Source: Treponemataceae bacterium (GTDB taxonomy: Bacteria; Spirochaetota; Spirochaetia; Treponematales; Rectinemataceae). Taken from it: DNA of 64,000 nucleotides. Below are positions 29,996 through 39,922 of the stretch, piece by piece. The stretch lies in NCBI GenBank assembly GCA_963667725.2, contig CAXXHO010000003.1:1216001-1280000 (forward strand), in the 5' to 3' direction. Within the stretch, counting starts at the first letter, position 1. Each line of letters begins with the position of its first letter. The position numbers and the translations under genes are program-made. The notes under the pieces were generated by a model. That model saw nothing but the letters and a program-made list of their open reading frames with translations, searched no databases and was not told where the DNA came from.

Positions 29996-31006
29996 TTACC
30001 CTTCGAAATGATCTATGAAATCGACGATGCCATTGTAGATCGCATCTCCGATCTTCCTCAAGTACCCGGAACCGGCGAGAAGGGCCCCTTCGTCGGGATG
30101 GGTTATGAATCCCATCTCGATGAGAATGGACGGCATTTTTGCGTTGCGGACGACAAACCACTCCTCGGCTCTTATGCCTCTACCGGGGCTCTGCTTGCCT
30201 ATCGCCATACCCAGCCTGTCGTAAACCTTTCGCGCGAGGATGATGCTTTCGGTCGTAAACTCCTCTTCGAGCATCGCGTTGAGAATGGGCGCGATTTCCG
30301 TTCCCTTCTCCTTCACCGTGTTCGCGTCGACGACCGTCCTCCTGTACTCGGGATTGAGGTACCAGACCTCGAAGCCCTTCGCGTTCCTGTTGAAAGAAGC
30401 GTTGGCGTGTATCGAGATATAGATTACGGCTTCATCCTTCTTTAGCTCGGCTGAATTCGCCATGGCTACCCTGTCGTCCAGGGTGGGATAGCTGTCCCCT
30501 TCCCTCGTTATGATGATTTTCCTGTCCGGATAGCTGTTTCTGAGGAGTTCCACCACACGTTTCGAGACCTCCAGGGTCAGATCCTTCTCCAGCAGCCTGA
30601 GCTCCCCCACCTCGCCGATCGCCCCCGTATCCTTGCCCCCGTGTCCCGGGTCGACGAGAATGGTGGCCACGGAATATTTTTCCTTCTTTGGGGCGTTCTT
30701 CATCGAAAAATAGTCCGTGACTCCCCTGGTGAATCCGGCGGGAAGCATCAGCTTTTCCCCCGAAAGATAAGGAGCTTCCACCCGCTTGAGATTCTTCCAG
30801 TCCAGGACGATAAAAGGCTGATCGACGACGAAGGACACAAAGCTGCCGTTCTGCTCGATAAAGCCGCTGGAGGTCAGCGGATCGAAGGAAATAGCCGCCT
30901 TTGACTTCTTCCCGAAATCCAGGAGCGTCGTGGCATCCAGGGCATAGGCGCATGATGACAGGAAAATCGCGAATATAAACAGCGAAAGGCGTTTTCCGTT
31001 TATCAT
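29996..31006 (-). CDS. N-acetylmuramoyl-L-alanine amidase (Amidase_3)
   Basis: DPGHGGKDTGA, LEKD, ISIHANA, SILIEMGFI; signal peptide. Confidence 0.93.
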   Translation of the reverse strand: MINGKRLSLFIFAIFLSSCAYALDATTLLDFGKKSKAAISFDPLTSSGFIEQNGSFVSFVVDQPFIVLDWKNLKRVEAPYLSGEKLMLPAGFTRGVTDYFSMKNAPKKEKYSVATILVDPGHGGKDTGAIGEVGELRLLEKDLTLEVSKRVVELLRNSYPDRKIIITREGDSYPTLDDRVAMANSAELKKDEAVIYISIHANASFNRNAKGFEVWYLNPEYRRTVVDANTVKEKGTEIAPILNAMLEEEFTTESIILARKVYDRLGMAIGKQSPGRGIRAEEWFVVRNAKMPSILIEMGFITHPDEGALLAGSGYLRKIGDAIYNGIVDFIDHFEG

Positions 31007-31111
31007 ATGTTCTCCTATCGGAATATTTTCGCCGCGGACTTACTATTTTACGTAAAGCCTATTGCATTCACGCGGAATATTGATTATAAGTTGGACAGCG
31101 TATAGAGAACA

Positions 31112-31157
31112 CCACTATATGTTGTAGTGGTGTTTTGGCATGCCGTTACAGATTGTA
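31112..31157 (+). promoter_or_regulatory. NrdR box(es) upstream of nrdJ
   Basis: CCACTATATGTTGTAG matches the acaCwAtATaTwGtg consensus; a degenerate second core TTACAGATTG lies 31 nt downstream. Confidence 0.7.
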
Positions 31158-31223
31158 CAAAAATAAAAAAGTCGGAATTTTCACGTACGATAGCTGTTAT
31201 GTGCTGATATGCGGAGGAATAGG

Positions 31224-34200
31224 ATGAAATTCGAGAGGAAATTTACAAAAAAAGACAACGGTCCATACGAGGGAATCGAATGGGAAAGCAGGACCAGCGA
31301 GATACGAAACCCGAACGGCAAGATCGTGTTCCATATGGACTCCGTCGTCGTTCCCTCTTCCTGGAGCCAGATCGCGACCGATATCCTGGCTCAGAAATAT
31401 TTCAGGAAGGCGGGCGTTTCGGCCGAGACAGCGCGTAAATGGACGCGGTTCGTGCCCGAAGCCCAGACGGCAAACTCCTCGGACAGCCCGGTTCCCGGCT
31501 CCGAACACGACGCGCGCCAGGTTTTCCACCGGCTTGCCTATACCTGGTGCCTTTGGGGAAAGGAAGCCGGGTATTTCGATTCGGACGAGGATGAAAAGGC
31601 TTTCTACGACGAACTCGTCTACATGCTGGCGCACCAGCTGGCCGCCCCGAACAGCCCGCAGTGGTTCAACACGGGGCTCAACGCCGTTTATGGAATCGAG
31701 GGACCGCCCCAGGGCCATTTCTACGTAAATCCCGAAACCAACGAGGTGGTCAAATCGGAATCCGCCTATGCCCGCCCCCAGCCCCACGCCTGTTTCATCC
31801 TGGACATCAAGGATGACCTCGTCAACGAAGGCGGCATAATGGACCTCATCACGAGGGAAGCGAGGCTCTTCAAGTACGGCTCCGGAACGGGTTCCAACTT
31901 CTCCAAGATAAGGGCCGCTCAGGAAAACCTTTCCGGCGGAGGCGTCTCCTCGGGACTCCTTTCCTTCCTCAAGATAGCGGACCGCTCAGCGGCCGCGGTC
32001 AAGTCGGGAGGAACGACGAGAAGGGCGGCCAAGATGGTGATCCTCGACGCCGATCACCCCGATATAGAGCCCTATGTGGCGTGGAAGGCCGAAGAGGAAT
32101 ATAAAGTCGCTTGCCTCGCCGCGGGAAGCGCCGTCCTGCGCCGTTACGCCGACTCCATGATCGCGTCGGTCGAAAACTCGGGACTTCCTCGCGAAGCCTC
32201 TTTCTCGTTCGCCGAAAACTCCGCCCTGCGAAAATCCGTCAAGGAAGCCCTGGCGGCGGGCATACCCTCGGCATGGATTCACCAGGTCCTTTCCATGTAC
32301 CACCAGACGGGAGAGTTGATCCCTCTGGCCCAGTACGACACCGCCTGGGAATCCGAGGCTTACAATACGGTATCCGGCCAATCGTCCAACAATTCCGTGC
32401 GCGTGGACAACGCTTTCATGAAAGCCGTCATGGATGACGCGGACTGGAATCTCAAGGCCCGCACGACCGACAAGGTCATGAAGACGATAAAGGCCAGAAA
32501 ACTTTGGAACGACATAGCGAGAGCCGCATGGCAGTGCGCCGATCCGGGGCTTCAGTTCCACAGCACGGTGAACGAATGGCATACCTGCCTGAACGACGGG
32601 GAGATAAAGGCCTCCAATCCCTGCTCCGAATACATGTTCCTCGACGATACGGCATGCAACCTCGCCTCGCTCAACCTCCTCAGGTTCTACGACACCAAGA
32701 CCGAGGCTTTCGACGACGATTCCTACAGGCACGCCATCAGGCTCTGGACCACCGTACTGGAAATTTCCGTCGTCATGGCCCAGTTCCCCTCCAAGGAAAT
32801 CGCGCGCCGAAGCATCGACTACCGGACTCTCGGCCTGGGCTACGCCAATCTCGGCAGCCTTCTCATGGTCATGGGTCTTGCCTACGACTCGGACGAAGGC
32901 CGCGCGGTGGCGGCGGCCCTCTCCGCCATACTCACCGGCGAGGCTTACGCCCAGTCCGCTCGCATGGCGGCCGAATGGGGCAGCTTCGCCCGCTACGGCA
33001 ACAACAAGGACGTCATGCTCAGGGTGGTCCGCAACCACAGACGGGCCGCCTATGACGCCAAAGCCGATGAATATGAGAGCCTCACCATAACTCCCTTGGG
33101 GCTCAAGGAATGGGCCTGCCCCGGCAATCTCGTGGCGGCGGCCCGCGAATCCTGGGACGATGCCCTCGCCCTCGGACAGAAACACGGATACAGAAACGCC
33201 CAGGTCACGGCCATAGCGCCCACCGGGACTATCGGTCTCCTCATGGACTGCGACACGACCGGCGTCGAACCCGACTTCGCCCTCGTGAAGTTCAAGAAAC
33301 TCGCCGGCGGCGGGTACTTCAAGATCATCAACTCAAGCGTTCCCCCCGCTCTCCACGCCCTGGGATACAACAAAGCCTCGATCGAAAGTATCCTCCAATA
33401 CGCGCTCGGTTCCGAAACCCTCGAGGGTTCGCCCGACATTTCCATCCAGGCGCTCAAGGAAAAAGGCTTTGGGGACGAAAGCATCGCCAAGATCGAATCA
33501 GCCCTGAAGAGCGCTTTCTCCCTTGAAAGCTGTTTCTCGCCCCACCTCCTCGGCCCGGAGGCCATGGCTTCCCTCGGCGTTTCGGAGAGTGAATACGGCG
33601 ATCCCTCCTTCAGCCTTCTCGTCTGGCTAGGCTACAGTCCCGAGGAAATCGAGCGGGCCGAGCTTTTCTCCTGCGGAACCATGGGCCTGGAAGGAGCTCC
33701 CGGCCTCAAGGAAGTAGATCTTTCCGTATTCGACACCGCCACGCCTTCGGGAAAGAAAGGCACGCGCAGCATAGACTGGAAGGCGCACATCGCCATGATG
33801 TCAGCCGTGCAGCCCTTCGTCACTGGAGCCATCTCCAAGACGATTAATATGCCCAACACTGTTTCCAGCGAAGAGGTCAAAGCCGCCTACATGCTCGCTT
33901 GGAAAGCCATGCTGAAGTCCATCGCCCTCTATCGGGACGGCTCCAAGCTCTCGCAGCCGCTCTCCGCGCTTTCGCCCGGCGTCGACATGATAGCGGACTC
34001 CATCGTCGCCCTGCAGACAGGATCCCTGGAAGATAATGAAGATGCCGCCGCGCCCGCTCAGCCTGCTCCCGAAAAATCCATGATGGAGCCTGAGCTGCCG
34101 GGCATGCCCCAATCGCCGCGAGGCTTGCGAAAATCCCTGCCCAACCGCAGAAAAGGCTATACGCAGAAGGCCAAGATCGCTGGACATTCCGTATTCCTCC

Positions 34201-34820
34201 GCACGGGAGAGTACGAGGATGGAAGCGTGGGCGAGATTTTCCTCGACATGCACAAGGAAGGTGCCGCCTTCCGGAGCATCCTGAACTCCTTCGCGATCGC
34301 CGTATCGCTGGGCCTCCAATACGGCGTCCCCCTCGAAGAATACATAGACGCCTTCACCTTCACCAAGTTCGAACCCAACGGCGTCGTGCAGGGTCACGAC
34401 TATATCAAGATGGCCACCAGCGTCCTGGATTATATTTTCAGGGATCTGGCCATTTCCTATCAGAACCGGCACGAGCTGGGTCAGATAAAGCCCGAAGACC
34501 TCGTTTCGACGGCGATGCAGTCCAAATCCAGCGACAGCGAGCACAAGTCAGCCTTCGAGAACGGCCGCTCCAATCACCCCTCCAAGCCCGTGCAGACCAT
34601 CGTATCGTCGCCCGCGGCGAGCCCTTCGTTCACGCCTTCGCGCAATGAACTGTCTCCGGCGCAGGCCGTCCCGCTCAGTCCTTCGATCAAGTCCATGCGT
34701 ACGGCGAGGCAGAAAGGCTATGAGGGCGACCCCTGCCCAGCCTGCGGTAACCTCACGCTCGTGCGCAACGGCACCTGCCTCAAGTGCGAAACCTGCGGCT
34801 CCACGACAGGCTGCAGCTGA
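31224..34820 (+). CDS. nrdJ: Class II (adenosylcobalamin-dependent) ribonucleotide reductase
   Basis: [22 protein letters not shown] (thiyl Cys), TACNLAS, IAPTGTI, ISKTIN, C-terminal CPAC...CETC...GCS. Confidence 0.96.
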   Translation: MKFERKFTKKDNGPYEGIEWESRTSEIRNPNGKIVFHMDSVVVPSSWSQIATDILAQKYFRKAGVSAETARKWTRFVPEAQTANSSDSPVPGSEHDARQVFHRLAYTWCLWGKEAGYFDSDEDEKAFYDELVYMLAHQLAAPNSPQWFNTGLNAVYGIEGPPQGHFYVNPETNEVVKSESAYARPQPHACFILDIKDDLVNEGGIMDLITREARLFKYGSGTGSNFSKIRAAQENLSGGGVSSGLLSFLKIADRSAAAVKSGGTTRRAAKMVILDADHPDIEPYVAWKAEEEYKVACLAAGSAVLRRYADSMIASVENSGLPREASFSFAENSALRKSVKEALAAGIPSAWIHQVLSMYHQTGELIPLAQYDTAWESEAYNTVSGQSSNNSVRVDNAFMKAVMDDADWNLKARTTDKVMKTIKARKLWNDIARAAWQCADPGLQFHSTVNEWHTCLNDGEIKASNPCSEYMFLDDTACNLASLNLLRFYDTKTEAFDDDSYRHAIRLWTTVLEISVVMAQFPSKEIARRSIDYRTLGLGYANLGSLLMVMGLAYDSDEGRAVAAALSAILTGEAYAQSARMAAEWGSFARYGNNKDVMLRVVRNHRRAAYDAKADEYESLTITPLGLKEWACPGNLVAAARESWDDALALGQKHGYRNAQVTAIAPTGTIGLLMDCDTTGVEPDFALVKFKKLAGGGYFKIINSSVPPALHALGYNKASIESILQYALGSETLEGSPDISIQALKEKGFGDESIAKIESALKSAFSLESCFSPHLLGPEAMASLGVSESEYGDPSFSLLVWLGYSPEEIERAELFSCGTMGLEGAPGLKEVDLSVFDTATPSGKKGTRSIDWKAHIAMMSAVQPFVTGAISKTINMPNTVSSEEVKAAYMLAWKAMLKSIALYRDGSKLSQPLSALSPGVDMIADSIVALQTGSLEDNEDAAAPAQPAPEKSMMEPELPGMPQSPRGLRKSLPNRRKGYTQKAKIAGHSVFLRTGEYEDGSVGEIFLDMHKEGAAFRSILNSFAIAVSLGLQYGVPLEEYIDAFTFTKFEPNGVVQGHDYIKMATSVLDYIFRDLAISYQNRHELGQIKPEDLVSTAMQSKSSDSEHKSAFENGRSNHPSKPVQTIVSSPAASPSFTPSRNELSPAQAVPLSPSIKSMRTARQKGYEGDPCPACGNLTLVRNGTCLKCETCGSTTGCS

Positions 34821-34851
34821 TCTCGTCACTTCAGTATGTATGATTTATAAT

Positions 34852-34887
34852 AAAAAGCCCTTCCGGTTTAACTGGAAAGGCTTTTTT
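34852..34887. terminator. Bidirectional intrinsic terminator
   Basis: AAAAAGCCCTTCCGG-loop-CTGGAAAGGCTTTTTT. Confidence 0.8.
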
Positions 34888-34927
34888 GGTATTTAAAATA
34901 TTATATCCAAAAGAAAATCGCGATATG

Positions 34928-36172
34928 CTAGACCTTGTCCCTCTCCACGGGAAGGGTCATGCAGCGCGCGCCGCCGCCCCCTCGCGCCAGTTCAATGCCG
35001 TCGAAGGTCACCGCCAGACGTTTGTAGTCCGCGACGGATTCCTTGCCGCTTATGAAGCTTTCCGATTTGACGATGGAGAATCCCGCTTCCGACAAGGCTT
35101 CCACCGTGAACTTGTTGCAGGAATACATGATTATCTTCCCAGGGGCGAAAGCGAAGGAGTTGGCGCCCGACAGCCACTGTTCGCGCTGCTGATAAATGCG
35201 ATGCCCCTTGCCGCAAAGTATGGGAGCGAGATCCATGCCCTGTTCCTTCAAGCCCGACAGCAGGGAATCCACTTCCCTATATTTCATCTTTCCGCCCTTC
35301 CCCGCGTCGATTCGATAGATAGCATTTCTCTTCGTCCCGAGGATGGCGGGCTCGTAGACGAGGGCCGCGTCGCTGTCGATCATCGTGAATACCATGTCGA
35401 GATGGATCGTCGCCCTCGTCTTGGGCAGGTCGACGGCGAATACCGTGATATCCGACTCCGAAATCCTCGCCGCGTTCTTGGCGATGCGTTCCACGGCGTA
35501 AGGCGTCGTGCGTTCCGATACGCCTATGGCGAAAACGGTGGGTGAAAGCACGATGATGTCGCCGCCCTCGATGGTCATGTAGCGGTTTCTCTCCGAAGGT
35601 CCGTCGAAGAGGAGGGTTCTGGCCGCGAAGTCCGGATGATGGGTGAAGATGAAGCGCGTGATCACCGCTTCCACCATGCGCACGTCGAAGGCGGTGGCGG
35701 CGGATACGGCGCAATCCCCTATCACGGCGGCGCTGTCCCTCATGAAATAGGTGTTCGGGAGCGGCCTGGAGATGAAGCTTTCCTCGTCCAGGCGATGGGC
35801 CAGGGAATTTGCCGGGGCCTGCACGCCATGGACGATAGCCTCCGCCAGCTGCCTGGCTGGCATGCCCATGAACTCCTCCATCGAGCTCCGAATGGGAAAG
35901 CAGCGCGACAGATCGGTGAGGAATTCGAACTTATTGCCCACGTCGACAAGGCAGTCGGTCAGCAGATCCAGGAGTTCGTGGACTTCGGCGACGCAGGCCA
36001 AGAACTTCTTGAGCTGAAGATACTCATCCAGGACTGAACTCAAGGGAATGATATCGTTGTAGAGATCCTTTTCGGCCTCTCCCGGAGTCATCGCCTCGAT
36101 CTCGGGCCCCGGCGTATGGAGAATCACGCGCCGCAGATTGCCGATTTCGCTATCTATCGCCAGACTTTTCAT
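34928..36172 (-). CDS. arcA: Arginine deiminase
   Basis: SEIGNLRRVILHTPG, PN.YFMRD, IEGGD, HLDMVFT, GGGGARCMTLP (catalytic Cys). Confidence 0.92.
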   Translation of the reverse strand: MKSLAIDSEIGNLRRVILHTPGPEIEAMTPGEAEKDLYNDIIPLSSVLDEYLQLKKFLACVAEVHELLDLLTDCLVDVGNKFEFLTDLSRCFPIRSSMEEFMGMPARQLAEAIVHGVQAPANSLAHRLDEESFISRPLPNTYFMRDSAAVIGDCAVSAATAFDVRMVEAVITRFIFTHHPDFAARTLLFDGPSERNRYMTIEGGDIIVLSPTVFAIGVSERTTPYAVERIAKNAARISESDITVFAVDLPKTRATIHLDMVFTMIDSDAALVYEPAILGTKRNAIYRIDAGKGGKMKYREVDSLLSGLKEQGMDLAPILCGKGHRIYQQREQWLSGANSFAFAPGKIIMYSCNKFTVEALSEAGFSIVKSESFISGKESVADYKRLAVTFDGIELARGGGGARCMTLPVERDKV

Positions 36173-36291
36173 AAGCGAAGTATGCACCAGGAATAAAAAA
36201 AAATCTTCACATTAATCGCGAGGCCCTTTTTGCATAACTATCGCCCTTTTTCCGGCCTTTTCTGCATGAACGTCGCGAAGCGGAAATTCGG

Positions 36292-36309
36292 CTTGAATGT
36301 ATATGCAAA
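36292..36309. promoter_or_regulatory. ARG box-like operator
   Basis: TGAAT-GTAT-ATGCA (36294-36307) matches the ArgR consensus TGAAT-N4-ATTCA/ATGCA and lies between divergent arcA and the COG2403 gene. Confidence 0.55.
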
Positions 36310-36424
36310 ATCAACGTTTTTTGAACAAATCATATTTACTATCGCAATCTTGACAGGCAAATGGGGACATCGGATCATAGCTTCCGGAGGGGGCAAAGGC
36401 CCTTTCCCAAGGGAGGCCTTCGGC

Positions 36425-37753
36425 ATGAAGCGAAGAAAAGTGATCATTATTGGAGCGGCTGGAAGGGATTTTCATAACTTCAACACACGATTCAGGAATG
36501 ACGCGTCCGTCGAGGTAGCAGCCTTCACCGCCGCGCAGATTCCCGATATCGATGGAAGGAAATATCCCGCGGAGCTCGCCGGATCGCTCTATCCCAAAGG
36601 CATCCCGATCTATTCCGAATCAGACCTGCCCCGGCTCATTGCGGAGCTTTCCATAGACGAATGCGTATTTTCCTACTCGGATGTCCCCTATGCCCATGTC
36701 ATGAGCCTTTCGGCTCTCGTCAACGCCGCCGGAGCCTCCTTCACCCTTCTCGGCCCCAAGGATACGCAGATCAAGTCGATAAAACCCCTGATAGCCGTCT
36801 GCGCCGTGCGCACGGGATCAGGAAAAAGCCAGACCTCGCGCAAGATTGTCCAGATGCTGATGGCGCGCGGCCTCAAGGTCGTGGCGATCCGCCATCCTAT
36901 GCCCTATGGAGACCTGGTGCGCCAGAAAGTGCAGCGATTCGCCACCGTGGAAGACCTGGCCTACCATAAATGCACCATAGAGGAGATGGAAGAATACGAA
37001 CCCCATGTCGTGAGGGGCAATGTTATCTATTCCGGAGTGGATTACGAGGCGATACTCCGGCAGGCTGAAAAAGAAGCGGACGTCATTCTCTGGGATGGAG
37101 GGAACAACGACTTTTCCTTCTATGTTCCCGATCTCATGGTCACGGTAGCCGACCCTTTGAGAGCAGGCAACGAAGTCTCTTTCTATCCGGGCGAAGCGAG
37201 CCTTCGCATGGCCGATGTCGTCATCATCAACAAGATCGATACGGCAAGCCCCGAGGCCGTGCAGACCGTACGCGAAAACATCACGAGAGTGAATCCTGAA
37301 GCCATCGTCATCGACGCGGCGAGCCCGATAAGCGTCGACAGACCCGAGCTGATCAAGGGCAAGCGGGTTCTCTGCGTCGAGGACGGCCCTACCCTCACCC
37401 ATGGGATGATGAAAATAGGCGCGGGCGTCGTGGCGGCGCGCAAATTCCAGGCGGCCCAGATCGTGGACCCTCGCCCCTACGTCGTTGGCAAACTGGCCGA
37501 AACCTTCAGGATATATCCCAACATAGGAACGCTGCTGCCCGCCATGGGCTATGGAGCTGAACAGATATCGGATCTGGAGAAGACCATAAACGCGACCGAC
37601 TGCGACGCCGTCCTCATCGCGACGCCGATCGATCTTTCGCGGATAATCAAGATCAACAAGCCGATCGTGAAAGTAGGCTACGACCTCCAGGAAATCGGAA
37701 AGCCCGATCTCGCCGACGTGCTGGACGTGTTCTGCGCCAAGCATCGACTGTGA
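36425..37753 (+). CDS. COG2403 P-loop protein (cyclic 2,3-diphosphoglycerate synthetase-like; candidate arginine synthetase)
   Basis: GAAGRDFHNFN, P-loop AVRTGSGKSQT, RHPMPYGDL, CTIEEMEEYEPH, WDGGNND, EDGPTLTHG; RBS GGGAGG. Confidence 0.8.
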   Translation: MKRRKVIIIGAAGRDFHNFNTRFRNDASVEVAAFTAAQIPDIDGRKYPAELAGSLYPKGIPIYSESDLPRLIAELSIDECVFSYSDVPYAHVMSLSALVNAAGASFTLLGPKDTQIKSIKPLIAVCAVRTGSGKSQTSRKIVQMLMARGLKVVAIRHPMPYGDLVRQKVQRFATVEDLAYHKCTIEEMEEYEPHVVRGNVIYSGVDYEAILRQAEKEADVILWDGGNNDFSFYVPDLMVTVADPLRAGNEVSFYPGEASLRMADVVIINKIDTASPEAVQTVRENITRVNPEAIVIDAASPISVDRPELIKGKRVLCVEDGPTLTHGMMKIGAGVVAARKFQAAQIVDPRPYVVGKLAETFRIYPNIGTLLPAMGYGAEQISDLEKTINATDCDAVLIATPIDLSRIIKINKPIVKVGYDLQEIGKPDLADVLDVFCAKHRL

Positions 37754-37791
37754 CGCCGTAACGGCGCGCACCCGGCGTCGATGCCGCGAAC

Positions 37792-37827
37792 AAGAAAAAA
37801 GCTGCCCGCGAGGGCAGCTTTTTTCTT
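37792..37827. terminator. Bidirectional intrinsic terminator
   Basis: AAGAAAAAAGCTGCCC-GCGA-GGGCAGCTTTTTTCTT. Confidence 0.9.
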
Positions 37828-37863
37828 GAGGCCATGGGCTTTCGGCCGATGGCTATCCTTAGC

Positions 37864-38034
37864 TCAGCCGGCGACGATGGCTTCGGTCGGGCAGCTGGAG
37901 GCGCAGGTTCCGCAATCGATGCATTTGTCGGGATCGATCCAGCGGGCATCGTTCTTCTCGCTGATAGCGGTGACGGGGCATTCGCCTTCGCAGGCGCCGC
38001 AGTTGACGCAGGCATCGGTAACTTTGTATGCCAT
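37864..38034 (-). CDS. 2[4Fe-4S] ferredoxin
   Basis: CVNCGACEGECP and CIDCGTCASSCP; RBS AAGGAG. Confidence 0.93.
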   Translation of the reverse strand: MAYKVTDACVNCGACEGECPVTAISEKNDARWIDPDKCIDCGTCASSCPTEAIVAG

Positions 38035-38207
38035 TGCAGTTCTCCTTGAAATATATGCTTTCAGCTCAATCACGCGAAGTTGCGATCCTGAAACATGAAG
38101 CGTTTCAGGGCGGCTGGCTGCTCAGGTTACGCAATCGACGCCGTCCTTCCGGACATATTATCATTCTTCGGTTTTTCTGTGAAGCTGTGGAAAAATAAAA
38201 TGGGATA

Positions 38208-38987
38208 TCAGAAATATCCGCATATCGCCAGCATCCTAGTGAAGTCCTGGGCACCCTGTCTTCTGAACGAACCCAGGGTCGGCGAACAGGAGGTGCATAT
38301 TTTGACATCCAGCAATGCGCCCAGGCCGAGATTCTCCGCCAGATGAATATTCGCGGCGCGCAAGTCGATGCTGAAAGAGACGCCGTCCTTTCCCTGCTCG
38401 GCGCTGGCGACATGGATCGAGGTTTCGCCGAACTCGGCGGCGAAGCCCATCGCCCTTTCCTCGGGCACGGCATAGCAGCATGCCCCGATGCTCGGCCCCA
38501 ATATCGCCGAGATATCCTCCGGCGCTGATCCAAACCGGGAAACCATGCCTGTCACCGCTTTCTTGAGAATGCCTGTTCCTCTCCATCCTGAATGAAGCAG
38601 GCCGAAAACCTCATTTTTCTGATCGAAAAGCCAGATGGGCATGCAGTCGGCCACCGTCAAGGCTGGTATCGAATCGGGCTCGGCCACGACAAGGCCATCG
38701 GCTCCGCCCAGGGCATCGGCTTTTTGGTGAAGATCCATCATCGCCTCGCCCTTCTGCTGAAAGATCACGCCGCGCGTGTGCCTCAGCTGGAGGGACAGTA
38801 TCCTCGAAGGATCCAGGCCCAGCCCTGCGAATAGCCTTCCTCGGGCAAGGTTCACCCCTGAGGGGTCATACTTCATGTTTCCCGCCGCCACGGTGCTCAG
38901 AATGGCCCTGGGAGCGCCTGGGAAGTCAAAATCGAACTCCATATAGCGGCTATCATCGATTTCAGGCGATACTGTCCTTATCTTCAC
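38208..38987 (-). CDS. YfiH/PgeF (laccase-domain) family protein
   Basis: ADGL, TVADCMPI, HSGWRG, GPSIGACCY, CTSC, SFRR; GTG start overlaps the upstream stop. Confidence 0.85.
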   Translation of the reverse strand: MKIRTVSPEIDDSRYMEFDFDFPGAPRAILSTVAAGNMKYDPSGVNLARGRLFAGLGLDPSRILSLQLRHTRGVIFQQKGEAMMDLHQKADALGGADGLVVAEPDSIPALTVADCMPIWLFDQKNEVFGLLHSGWRGTGILKKAVTGMVSRFGSAPEDISAILGPSIGACCYAVPEERAMGFAAEFGETSIHVASAEQGKDGVSFSIDLRAANIHLAENLGLGALLDVKICTSCSPTLGSFRRQGAQDFTRMLAICGYF

Positions 38988-39922
38988 GAAACATCCCCCG
39001 CCGATTCGTTCCACGCGTAGATATCGAAAACAAGGCTGTCGCTTCCGGGAAAGACTATCTCGACCCTGTGACACTCAAGATAGAGCCGCGACGCCGCGAT
39101 GCCGCCGTAGAGCCTGTCCCCGGCGACGGGATAGCCGGCCCAGGCCATGTGCGCGCGTATCTGATGCCTGAATCCCGAAGATATCTCCGCCTCCACATCG
39201 ACAACCTTCTCTACTTCATGGAATTCCTCGACCAGGGATCGCCCCCGAGAGGATATCGTCGTTCGGTAGGATATGGGCGAAAGAGGCTTCTTTTCATCTT
39301 TCCTGAATTCCGGCGATACGCAGGCGACTCGAGCCCTCTTCTCGCCGTAAGAGCGGAAATAACACTCGATGCTCAATGTTTCAGGCCTTTTTCCAGATTC
39401 GCGAAGGTCGCTTGAAGCGTCTGCCCGGCTGTCCAGCAAGGGCCCGATTCCCGGAACAGGACAGCGCAGGGGGCGGGACCCGGGGAGTTCGCCTCCGCTT
39501 TCCCCGCGGGCTGCCGCCAGGCGGTAGAATTTGCGCATTAGCCCCCGCTTCTGCGCCTCAAGGCTCCGGAGGAAAACCTCCTCGGAACGGGCGAAAAGTA
39601 TGAGGCCGGAAGTATCGGCGTCGAGGCGGGACAGCAGGCCCAGTTCGCTTTTCATCCTGTGCCGGAGGGAATTCATCTTTTCCCGGTCCGGGATCGCGCC
39701 GCGGGGCTCAACTTCGCGGGACTCCGCGCCGCCTTCGGAAGACTTTTCGAATCCTCCGGCTTGATCGGGTCGCGCGGTTCCGAGCCAGGAAACGAGGTCG
39801 CGGTCATGAGCAGCTAAGGGAACTGAGTGCGTCCCTGCCGGCTTGAAGACGCAGAGATATTCTTCGGTCTCGAAGGCGACGAATGGCGCTTCGACGTTCT
39901 GGAAAGGAAAGCCCTCGCTCAT
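38984..39922 (-). CDS. RluA-family pseudouridine synthase
   Basis: FKPAG, SRLDADTSG (catalytic Asp), G.RHQIRAH, GDRLYG. Confidence 0.85.
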   Translation of the reverse strand: MSEGFPFQNVEAPFVAFETEEYLCVFKPAGTHSVPLAAHDRDLVSWLGTARPDQAGGFEKSSEGGAESREVEPRGAIPDREKMNSLRHRMKSELGLLSRLDADTSGLILFARSEEVFLRSLEAQKRGLMRKFYRLAAARGESGGELPGSRPLRCPVPGIGPLLDSRADASSDLRESGKRPETLSIECYFRSYGEKRARVACVSPEFRKDEKKPLSPISYRTTISSRGRSLVEEFHEVEKVVDVEAEISSGFRHQIRAHMAWAGYPVAGDRLYGGIAASRLYLECHRVEIVFPGSDSLVFDIYAWNESAGDVS

